From Octopus sinensis (Eukaryota), in assembly GCF_006345805.1 (NCBI RefSeq), contig NC_043002.1:117924001-117988000 (forward strand): a stretch of DNA of 64,000 nt, in the 5' to 3' direction. Numbering within the stretch: position 1 is the stretch's first letter; each line of letters begins with the position of its first letter. The translations under genes were made by a program, and so were the position numbers. The notes under the pieces are model-generated. The model did no database searches, was not told the origin of the DNA, and saw only the letters and a list, made by a program, of their open reading frames with translations. Shown here one piece after another: positions 1 to 10,379 of this stretch.

Positions 1-459
1 ATTTCTAATTTTCATGTAAAAAAAAATAATAATTTCCCGCCATTTAATTTTTATTTGTCTTGTAAAAGTTTAGAATGTAAAAAATTAAAATAAAGACACT
101 TAAGAGGAAGAAAAATCTATATAAAAAGTGCAGCAGTCAAAATCGATAACAGACTTCCAATATATTAACAGAAGCAACGAAAAATAACTTTCTTCGCATG
201 TAAACAAAATTGAAATCGAGCTTCTAGAACAATAATAATTTTATTTAGGGGTGGGGTGTAACATAAATCCCGCGGTAAACGTGAGTGATGGTGCTGCAAT
301 ATACACTCACTCATATGAATAATTAGAATTTATCTTAAAAGTTTCTTAATAATTTTTGAAATATTCCTTTAAAATAATTAGGATAATTTCTGACTGAAAA
401 TTTTTTAATTAGGAAACAAAAAAATATTCATAATATTTAGTTCGTAATTTAACCCAATA

Positions 460-468
460 CCGGAAGTG
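460..468 (+). promoter_or_regulatory. ETS/GABP-type motif CCGGAAGTG, possible promoter element upstream of the SRSF gene
   Basis: Exact CCGGAAGTG in a locally CpG-containing stretch. CGCCATTT (YY1-like) lies near 37-44. Function is inferred only. Confidence 0.3.
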
Positions 469-649
469 AATAATGATACGAATGAACAATTAAATTTCAC
501 AAAAATAATTATTGAAAAAACTTCTGTACAGCATACACGAAAATTTTAGATAGAATATTTGGTATTATATTCATTAATTGAAATTGAAAAAGAAAAGAAG
601 ATATCTGAAATTAAGTAACGTTTTTCAGCCCGTGCAGCAAAATCGTGAT

Positions 650-871
650 CCCCACATATGTAATCTGAAAGACGTGTATGTGTGTATATGGCTGTGTGTG
701 TGTGTGAGTGTTTCTCTACGTGTGCTCTATGTGTGTGTGTGTGTGTGTGTGCGAGTACCACGTCTTTTAAGCGAAACTCTCAGCAAGGCCGGGTCTTCTT
801 CTTCTCTCCACCGATTCTTCTTCTTTATCGCCGGTCATTATTACAATTTCCAACCTGACTAAGTGTCAAAT
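650..871 (+). other. Possible non-coding first exon of the SRSF gene (start uncertain)
   Basis: CpG/pyrimidine-rich stretch ending in a perfect donor AAT|GTAAGT at 872. The first certain coding ATG (3035) directly follows a splice acceptor, so upstream exons must exist. Confidence 0.3.
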
Positions 872-2879
872 GTAAGTGTTTCACTCATTTCTAATTTCTA
901 TCACCAATTCATCGGTTTTGGGACAACTGGAAGGAAATATTTTAATTTTTGTAGAATTTTGTTATTTTAATTTGTATTTTTTGTGTAAAAGAAAAAAAGG
1001 GAAAATATTTAATTGGAATTTTCCGATTCTTGATTACAACCAAATCTTTAATATAAATGAGTTGATGGAAATTATTTAATGTTGGTTTTCTAGAATGTAT
1101 TTTAAAAATGGAAATTAGGTTATTTGTCGGCTTTGGTGGTCGATTGGGAACTCGAAGCACCTTTCCTCCTCCGCAAACATCTTCCAAAACCAAAACCAAA
1201 AACTTTCGCCGGCGAATTCTCTCCAACTTTTCCTCTTCTTCCAAACTGGACCCGGAATCTCTCCACAATCCTTGCATCTCCAATCACTTATAAATTCATT
1301 ATCAATTCCACTTCTTCTTCTTCGTGTAAAAAGGATTTTAACAGAAACAAATCGCATTTCACTTGTGACATTCTTTTAAATAAATCCTGCATCTTCTTAA
1401 ATCTTTCTTCTTAAATCTTTCTTCTTAAATCTTTCTTATTAAACACAAACAGACTCAAAACTCCACGTATTTTGCTCCACTTTGAATAACTTTATTTTTC
1501 TCTCCTCAATTGCTATAATTATCAAATTTTAATAATTCTGGTTCTCTTCATGGAATATTTCTCAAACCCATTCGCTTCTAATCTTTTACCTTTCTCTCCA
1601 ATTATTCTCTCTCAAATTAATCAATCTTAATCAATTTATTTCACAAATACCCATTCCCCCCCTCCTTAAATTAAAACTTTGACTTTTTTTCTTTCTATTT
1701 TCTAAATTCTAAAATGATTTTCCCGCTTGATGCAGTTTTTTTGTCTAAAATCCTCCGCTTTCTTCCTTCTTCGCCACAAAAGCCTTCCTTATTTATGAAC
1801 CATTTAAACACTAATTATACAATTTCGTTATGTAATCAGGCTTCATATTATCCCCGAAACTATAAAAACTTCATTTTTCCAGGTTTTTACCATAATTTGT
1901 GTATTTAAAAAAAAAAAAAAACCTTTCCGATGGATTTTGCTTCGTTCTTTTTTCCCTTTCCGTGTTTAATAGTTTTACTTGTTTTTTTTTTTTAATTGTA
2001 TCTTTAACGATTAATCCTGTTTAAAGACGGAAAAGTTAGCAAACATTTACCTAATGTCGCTTAAATAACGAGCTTTTCTCCTTAATTTCCAGCGTGACTC
2101 GCCGCCGCCGCCGGATGACCTAAAAAAGGCCGCGTGCTGCGTTGACCCCATTTTCTGCTGAGTAATGGCGAGATTCTTTTAATATTAACCAAATAAAATA
2201 CGTTTATTTCCATCGTCGTCGCTAGTAAAAGCTTTAAGTTCAAAAATTTGTTCTCTCACCTCCGAGCGAAAAATGAAATCGCAATCGTTGGCAAAATCGG
2301 TGTCATTGAAATTTCGTATAAAGATAGTTTTGCTTTAGAATCCTTTTTGCCATTATGATTAAAAATTACTGGGATTTGTAGATGTTTTGGATCAATCCAC
2401 CAACTTTTAACTAATTATGATGGAGCATTACCGAGATAATTAACTCAAGCAAACCTACCGCTATAAATGTTATTTTCACTTTTTTTCAATTTTTCTATAT
2501 TTATTTACTGTGAAAAATTAAGTCGACAAAATGTATTCTAATTTATTCGACTTTTACACTAATTCGCCGCTAACCATGTGTGGTTCTCCCCTCCCACCTG
2601 AAGTATATGGATCATTTTCTGAGTGTTCTTTGGTTTTCTGTCTAGGCACAACTAAGTTTACCAGTAACTACTATTAAAGTTGGTGTAGGTACCAGGCGCC
2701 ACGTGTGACAGACAACCCTCCTCTCTAAGGCTGCTACTACAGAGTAATCTATCTGCCGAGACTCCTTCCTAGATCAACCGATTTAACGATACTCCAATAA
2801 TAGTGAAGTGTGACTAACGAGATACACACTATCTCCATTCTCTTGATTGAACGAGTATCCTTCAGTCTCCTCCCTACAG

Positions 2880-2918
2880 CCGATATAAACTACAATGGAC
2901 GACGTGGCTACTTCTCGT
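2880..2918 (+). CDS. SRSF4/5/6: Candidate upstream 39-nt exon with in-frame ATG (MDDVATSR) of the SR protein
   Basis: Acceptor ccttcagtctcctccctacag| at 2879; ATG at 2895 in strong context (A at -3, G at +4); donor CGT|GTGAGT at 2919; phase-0 join to 3035. Confidence 0.5.
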
Positions 2919-3034
2919 GTGAGTAATTTTAAGCTGATAAATAGCTGGATTCTTATTATTTTTGGTTTGTTAAGATTTGATTCTCCTTTTAACAAGTTTC
3001 ACCATAAGTAAATCTGTTCATGTTTGCTTTCCAG

Positions 3035-3157
3035 ATGGGAACTCGAGTGTATATTGGTCGTTTGTCTTACCATGCCAGAGAGAAAGATGTGGAGAGGTTT
3101 TTCCGCGGATTCGGTAGAATCAGAGATATCATGCTGAAAAATGGCTATGGATTTGTT
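3035..3157 (+). CDS. SRSF4/5/6: SR protein coding exon (RRM1 N-half)
   Basis: ccag|ATG...GTT|gtaagt; [10 protein letters not shown]...NGYGFV. Confidence 0.96.
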
Positions 3158-6100
3158 GTAAGTGATTTCCCTGAAGTTTTGGTTTTCATTAATTAGTCAT
3201 CGAAAACTCCTTGTAATTTTAGTGTTTCACCGTTACATTAATGTAATGTAAACAATTGCATTCCTTATAACGTTAACCCTTTTTCTTTCCTTTCGAATGA
3301 TTTTTTTTTAATATACATCCCCCCCCTTTTTTTAAAGGAATTTGAAGATTATAGGGATGCTGATGATGCAGTATATGAGTTAAATGGTAAAGAACTATGT
3401 GGCGAGAGGTAAGTCAAGGAAATTATTATAAATTAGTTCAAAGTTTTCTTTGAAATTTCCTATTTTTCTGAAAATATGTATTGTATCCTGTCTCTAGATT
3501 CTTCTTCCAAAGTGCAGGGCAATATTGTGTGAATTTTTTTTTGTCTTAGAGAAGGCTTTTGTGAGAAGAGATTAAATGCTAACAATATAGGTGAAATTTA
3601 GCTCTTAGAAATATTCTGTTCAGTCTAGTTTTTACTCACTTGCTTGGGTTGCAAAATGTTTTAGAAATTCGAATAAGGTATGCCAGTTAAAACTGGATTG
3701 TTGGCAGATAGGCAATTAGAACTTTTGATAGTCTGGAGAAAAAGCAGTGCGTAGCTGCTTGATAGAATTTGTACTGGAAATGGCAAGGATTTTAAGATAA
3801 ATGTATAGAGCTTCTATTGACAGTATTTACCTGTGCAAAGTCCGTGATTATATTTAGTCAAACTTAAGTGATGTTCCTGGAAATGTGGTGCATTAGGAAG
3901 TATGATTTGATGTACAACTCGTTAAAGACTCTTTAAAACGGTTTTCTTTTGAAATGTTTTATAATACATGTTTTCTTAAGTTACTGATCTTTTTATCCAG
4001 AGTAATTGTGGAACATGCTCGTGGGTTACCAAGGAGTGAGGAAAGTTGGCGTGATAGAGATAGGGGTTCACGCTTTCCACCCCGTCGCCGAGGAGGCAGA
4101 GACAAGTGAGGATATCATTTTTTTTATGCTCTTTTTAAACAGCTTAGGTTGAAAAAGTGCTTTTGTGTAGTGGGTGAACAGATACAAGTTTTAAAAAGCT
4201 CAAGTATATTAATTGTAAGAAAATAATGAACTTAAAAATATGGTCTTGTGTAATGTATGCATGACTGCAGATTATAATCACCTTTGTAAATTAAGCTATG
4301 AATTTGTAATTTTTAATGCTTTTAACAGCAGGTTAGTGAAAATGTGCCATTGTTCCCCCTGATCTTGATTGGGCTGCCAAAGGTCAAGGAATAATTTCTG
4401 TGTTTACACAAAGCCATTGTTAGTATCATTCAAATGAATTAGGATGGCAGTCCCTGGGACAGAACATTCAAAATACTTTTGCAGTAGGAGCTTGCCTCTT
4501 TCAGTTTCTGATCATACACGAAATTTCAGATTTGTTGTGTTTCTCAATTCATAGCAGGTATGGGCCTCCCACAAGGACAGAGTTCAGACTTATAGTCGAA
4601 AATTTATCATCTAGAGTCAGTTGGCAGGTATTTATGAATTTGATTTTTTTTTTCTTATCTTATGTATTTCGACAGCGACACTTAATGTATCTGCTGAACT
4701 AGGTTTGGGAATCTGTTTAGTAATTAATTTAATTTAGCAATTACTATCTACTTGTCCCACCTAGTTTGGCAGATTTTGTAGAGAATCTCTTAAAGCTTTA
4801 GTAAATGCTCTTTTATTTTTAAAATTGTAATATTTGTTTTTTCATATTTGTTGTAAATTCATATTGTGTTAATTAGGAAAATGCATGTTTAAAGTTGAAA
4901 CTGCATTGTACTTGATTTTAATTATTTACTTAAAATTTCTTTTATTGAAAAGGAACCACTTTGTGGGTTGGTTTAAAGCTACTAGTGTAATTCTCTTTCC
5001 CTCCCCTCCTCTCTAAAAATGTACCAAAAACTGATCAGAATGGATTTGCAACTTCTATTGAGAACATTTGCCGATTGATTTAACTCGAGTTGTGAATTAT
5101 CTAGCAATGTGATTAAGACGACCAGAAACAAGATTTCTTGTGAAGATGGAAACTCCAGTGTTGACAGCAAATGTCCCAGGAAAGGATGAAAGAAAAATAT
5201 TTTATTTACGTCCCTTTTCTCCTTCGTTCTGGGCATTTTTTTGGGTGTGGAATATGTAGTTGTAATTATGTTTGCCAACTTCCCTAGATTGTTTTGTATC
5301 CTATGTGGGCCCACTATAAATATTGATGCTAAATTGGCACTCTGCTTGATATTTAAAAATTGTATTTGATTTTCAAGCAAGATTTTTCCAATTTGGTTTC
5401 GCTTCTGTGGTGTTTTATCTTTTTAAAATAAGACAATTACACATCACAATAATTTTAATTTAATCTCACTTTAATTGTTTTAGTGTTGATTATATTTATA
5501 GTGGGCCTAATTTTTGTTTATTTTCTACAGAATCCCTAATATTTGATTGACACGAGATTCTTTTATTCCAATGTCTTCATATTATAAAAGACAACTAATT
5601 AATGCAACTAAGGTGACTTATTAAATAAGGTTTAATTACCATTGCTTCAAACTTGGAATGTTGAATCTCTTGTTATTTTTAATATTGTGATGGTTATTAC
5701 ATTATGAAAAAGGGGCTTTTAAAGTGTTTGTTTTGTTCTTGTTTAAACAATCATAATAAAATTTAATATATTGGGACAAAATATCCAATGGACTGACATC
5801 ACTTTACATTTATTTGAATAGTTTTATTCAGCATGAATGTACAGTGATGACGGTTTCCTGTCTTAAATTGTAAAAGTTGCATGTGAGAGTGAATGCTTTA
5901 AATATGTGTGTGTATGGTATACATCTTTTTATCAGATACATTTTGCTTGAGGATGTAATAAAATATTTACATAAAAAGTATAGTCAAAACAAATACTGAA
6001 AGCCCTTTTTATTAGAAATGTGTACTAATTATGTCATCTGACTTGTAACTACTCTTCCTCTCCCCTGAAAGCTTGTACAGATGACAGCCGATGAGACGCT

Positions 6101-8351
6101 TTTGGGTTGAACTGGCCTGTCCTAAATACTGAGTGCGTGAGGGCAGTGGTCTCAAAGCAATCAGATGTATCTGGGGTTGCGCTAAAGTTCTGGCTGGCTG
6201 GAGGTTTTCCCTTTCTAACCAACTGAGGGTGGCCTGCCCTCTTCCTACGTGCTGGCTCCCTTTTGGCTTGGAATAGAACCATCTTACAGAACGTGTTGGC
6301 TCCGCTTATTTTGCACTGGTCCACTCTTCCAATTGGTACTTGTCGTTATTCCACTCTGGCTGAAGTCCCACAATGTGGTTGGTCTTCTGGGAAGTCCACT
6401 CTGAACTGACTGGCTGTGTGGCAGGCGGGTGCCACCGCTTCCTCGGCAGCTGTGCACAGGCAGTGCAAGCTTGTTACCTCTTACCTCTTCTTTACCCATC
6501 CTGGCTGGATGGGCGCACACAAAGCTGCTTCTCCTTTTGGCAATAGGGTTGCTCGCATCCATTAGATGTCACTTGGTCAATCTATCAGGGCTAGTGAATG
6601 ACGTAGAAACATGGCAATGTACAAGGAGAGGTAATTGTAATCCTCCTCATATTTTGTGATCAGTGTTTTTAGTTTAGTTTACTATATAAACTTTATAAAG
6701 CATCTGGCATTAAGTCTTTTCTTTTCTTTTTTTTTTTAATATTTTTATATAATTTAAAGATACTTTAATTTTCAAATTTCACTGTTCATCTTCATATTTA
6801 CATTTTTTTCTAGAGTAATTTAAATTATTTAAAATTTTAATTTTAATGATAAATAACTAGGAAACTTGTTAAAGCAAACTATTTAACATTTGGTGCAGTT
6901 TTCCAAAATCAGATTTGGATCTATATTTTAGAAAGATTGAAGGAACTCAGTGAAATGAGTTTCTCATTAAATCAACCTAAGTTTTGTGGCTGTAGCAGCT
7001 TGAACTTTTACATGCTGTCTTTGCAACACTGAATAATAAACTTCACTGCTGGTCCAGCTCAGCTGGCTGCTCCTGGGGTTTACAGCTCCTGGGGTTTATA
7101 GTGGTTACTGTTCACTAACATATTGTTCCTGTCTGTAACTACCAGCTGAACTTTTACCAGATGCTTTCTTTAAAATGTAGTTTTGTAATCTTTGACCATT
7201 TCTGTTCTAGTAACATTTGTCCGGTAGGTGTCTTGTGTGATATGAGTGCATGTGAGAGTGTTAGATAGAATGGTTATTTTGCTTTTGAAGTTTTAACTAA
7301 AATTTATAATATAGCTTCTGTTCTTTCAAAGGATCTCAAAGACTATATGCGACAGGCTGGTGAAGTGACATATGCTGATGCTCATAAGGACCGTAAAAAT
7401 GAGGGGTAAGTTCATGGCCATTATTTAATTTTTCTGGTTTTCAGTGAATACCATGCTATTAAAAGAAGTATAATTATGTATTATTTAGTTCTATAACACT
7501 TAATTATTTAGTATATATTTTTATATCCTGCTGTTTTAAACTTTAGATTCCTGATAATATATTTAGTATATATTTTTATATCCTGCTGTTTTAAACTTTA
7601 GATTCCTGATAATATATTTTTCTTTTTGTCAGAATTGTAGAGTTTGCCACATATTCAGATATGAAAAATGCCTTAGATAAATTGGATGATACAGAAATTA
7701 ATGGGAGGCACATAAGGTTGATTGAAGACAGACCCCGTAAGCGTAGGCGCAGGTAAGAGGATTTTAAATATGTTTGTGTTACAATGTAAATGTCTTTTTA
7801 ACTGCATAAAAAGTTAATATTTGATAATGATAAAGAATTGTAGACATGTGGTAAAAATCTTAGTAAACAGTTGTGAATAACAAATTGTAACATGTTTAGT
7901 TTAGCCAGTATCAATATTGGGAAGATCCAATTTGTGAAATATGACGTAAATTTTTGTATGACAAGTTCTAAAATTCTATTTTTTCCTCCTCCTCAGCTCT
8001 CGCTCTCATTCACGTAGCCGATCAAGGTCCCGATCTCGGTCCCGCAGAAGGAGCCGGTCTCACTCTCGTTCTCGATCTGGGTCTCATCACAGTCGATCCC
8101 GTTCCGAACAGTCTCGGTCTCGTTCTAGATCAAGAAGTAGGCAGTCTGCAAGCCGCAGTCCAAGTAAAAGCAGGAGCAAGAGTCCTAGCCATTCCAGATC
8201 CAACACGCCACGGTCACGGTCAGTAAGCAAGAGTAAATCTAAGTCACGGTCTCCTTCACCATCCCGTTCTAAGTCTAGAACTCCGGAACCAAAGGAAAAT
8301 GGTTCACCAGTTGAAGAAAATCAAGTCAATGACAAAGATGCTAAAGAATGA
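3035..8351 (+). CDS. SRSF4/5/6: Serine/arginine-rich splicing factor, SRSF4/5/6 (SRp55/B52) family; join(3035..3157,3338..3408,4001..4105,4558..4627,7332..7405,7633..7752,7997..8351), 305 aa
   Basis: All introns GT-AG with consistent phases, total 918 nt. RRM1 [73 protein letters not shown]; RRM2 [42 protein letters not shown]...[30 protein letters not shown]; RS domain in the last exon; TGA at 8349-8351. Confidence 0.97.
3338..3408 (+). CDS. SRSF4/5/6: SR protein coding exon (RRM1 C-half)
   Basis: aaag|GAA...GAG AG|gtaagt; [23 protein letters not shown]. Confidence 0.96.
4001..4105 (+). CDS. SRSF4/5/6: SR protein coding exon (end of RRM1 and linker)
   Basis: ccag|A GTA...GAC AA|gtgag; [34 protein letters not shown]. 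Confidence 0.95.
4558..4627 (+). CDS. SRSF4/5/6: SR protein coding exon (RRM2 start)
   Basis: tagcag|G TAT...TGG CAG|gtattt; [23 protein letters not shown]. Confidence 0.96.
6081..6630 (+). other. Candidate PTC-containing poison exon in SRSF intron 4
   Basis: Branch-like TACTAAT near 6023, pyrimidine tract, AGs at 6071/6080/6087, about 50-55% GC island, donor GAG|GTAATT at 6631, in-frame TGA at 6108-6110. Confidence 0.6.
7332..7405 (+). CDS. SRSF4/5/6: SR protein coding exon (RRM2 middle)
   Basis: aaag|GAT CTC AAA...GAG GG|gtaagt; [24 protein letters not shown]. Confidence 0.96.
7505..7619. repeat. Perfect 55-bp tandem duplication in SRSF intron 5
   Basis: tatttagtatatatttttatatcctgctgttttaaactttagattcctgataata occurs at 7505-7559 and 7560-7614. 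Confidence 0.9.
7633..7752 (+). CDS. SRSF4/5/6: SR protein coding exon (RRM2 end)
   Basis: tcag|A ATT...CGC AG|gtaaga; [39 protein letters not shown]. Confidence 0.96.
7997..8351 (+). CDS. SRSF4/5/6: SR protein last coding exon (RS domain)
   Basis: ctcag|C TCT CGC TCT CAT...; RS dipeptide run ending ...NDKDAKE TGA. Confidence 0.95.
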
Positions 8352-8670
8352 TAATTTGTGCAATTTAATTTTATTTTTTAATATTTGTAAACAAAACCAT
8401 CCCTTGACCTGTATAAGACTTAAAGGTCTCACTGCAGTTTGTTTTCCCCACTCATCACAGAAATTTGTATCCTGCCCTTTCATTCTTCAAGGCATTTAAT
8501 CATTGTAAATAGTCATCATCTTTTGGGAGATTTTCTCAAAAACTAATTACATCCCCATTTTTATTTAGTAAATGGATAGTTTTGGTTGTTCTTGAAAAAC
8601 TATTTCACTCCAAAACTATTTCACTTAATTTACACAAACATTTTGATTTTGTCATTGAAGTAGGTCTAAA

Positions 8671-8952
8671 AATAAAACGACATTCATTGGTTACTTTTGC
8701 AGTTTTATTTTTATTTCTTTAGCCTCTGCTTTAAGAAATATACAATTGGCTTTTTATTCTGAACATGGGTTGACAATTTCTTAAGAGTATATATGTAAGC
8801 AAGATTTAAGAATAGTTAGATAAATATTTAAAAATCAAGACGTTTTGTGTATGTGACTGGATCTTGAAAGATGCTGAAAAGCTTTGATGGCTCCTTTTTC
8901 AAATGCTAGGCTTTTGCATCTTCAATATTGTACTGTGATCTTAGTCAATAAA
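8671..8952 (+). terminator. Candidate tandem polyadenylation signals of the SRSF gene
   Basis: AATAAA at 8671-8676 and 8947-8952 downstream of the stop; usage not shown by sequence. Confidence 0.4.
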
Positions 8953-10379
8953 ATTGGCAACATCTGCTGAGATATAAACTTGAATAGTTTTCTTTGATAT
9001 TTAATATGCTTCGTTTTTGTTTTATTTTTTTCTTGTTGGCACCATTACCTTCTTGGGTATATTACATCAGGATGAATGAATGATAAAATTTACTGCTTGG
9101 GATTTGAACTAGCTAAATATGGTATTTTGTTGATTCTGCTGTCTAGCTCCATTGACAAGATTTGCCACTGAACCATAATGAAGGCTTGTTGGCAATTGTT
9201 TTATTTCATAACAGTTTAAAATACTGATCTGCTTTCTTCCAGTATAGCCACTGTTTTAATTATATTATTGCTACTTGCATTGTTCCACTGTAATGAAATT
9301 AGGGTTGCTTTAATCCTGACGCAAACAAGAAATCCCAGTCCAGCATTATTAACTCAGTTTATCATACTGTATTGAATCGATAAAGAACTTATTGTGGCTG
9401 AAATGTGTTTTGATCATTCAAATGGGTTACTGGATATTTGTTTTTATGAATGACTGAATGAAAGAAAAATATGCAGGTACTGGATCTGTGATGTTCATTG
9501 TTGGCTGGTGTCACCGAAGGACTATTTGCTGCTATGTCCAGATTTATTTTTAACTTGTTACTTATTAAACACAAGTTTAAATTTTGCATTCAAATAACAA
9601 AGACTTGAAAAGGACATTTTATTCTTTGTGACACTTTGGGCGAAGTGTCCTAATATATCCTTTGGTGACCAATACCTTATGAGAAATTTGACAGAAAGTG
9701 CTGAAGCTTGTTTCAATGAAAAAAAAACTGAACAGTCCTCTCTATTAGAATATAGACACATGGGTCTTTTCTAATTTGAAATCTTGTGGTTTATTAGAAA
9801 CCTATAACTAATGATGCCATTGTTTACCTATGGTGATATAAATTATATCAAATTTAAATGAAATGCATTGGATTTGTGGAATCTTTAATCACTGGAAAAT
9901 GTCTACCTAGCAACATTTGTAACCAGTCAATTAACTGGAATGACAAAGTGCACACATGCCTTGAAAAAAAGTTATTTCTTACATATCCTAAACAAAGCTG
10001 TTGAGTGATCTGTGCCCAAGACCACATAAACAAGGTTTCCTCTGTACTGAACTACCCTAAAGCTTTAGTACTTGGGCTATATGATCAACAATGCAGTAAA
10101 AAATAATGGTTACTGTAGAAACAAGACCTTGCATGGTAACTTTTTTTTTTTTTTTTTTTTTTTTACGCATTTGCTCAGTTTTGACAAAAGCTACAGTTCA
10201 GATTCTTTGTGTCTAAACTACCAAATATCCTTGCACATTGCTAGTCACTGTTTCCATTCTTCCTTTGATTGCACCTAACTATTTTGACTCCTCTTCCTGT
10301 AACCAATGATATTCCTAGCATGTGTCTTTCAGTGACTCTTGTGAATATGCAGTCTATTGTGCTGTGTTCATTCTGGAAA

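Noticed and set aside
1115-1357. Minus-strand ORF with DWRCKDCG, resembling a RanBP2 zinc finger
   Set aside because: The second Cys pair and the Asn are absent and no splice context supports it.
6049-6659. Short ORFs on both strands over the GC-rich island
   Set aside because: No recognisable domain; the island is better explained as a splicing-regulatory or poison exon.
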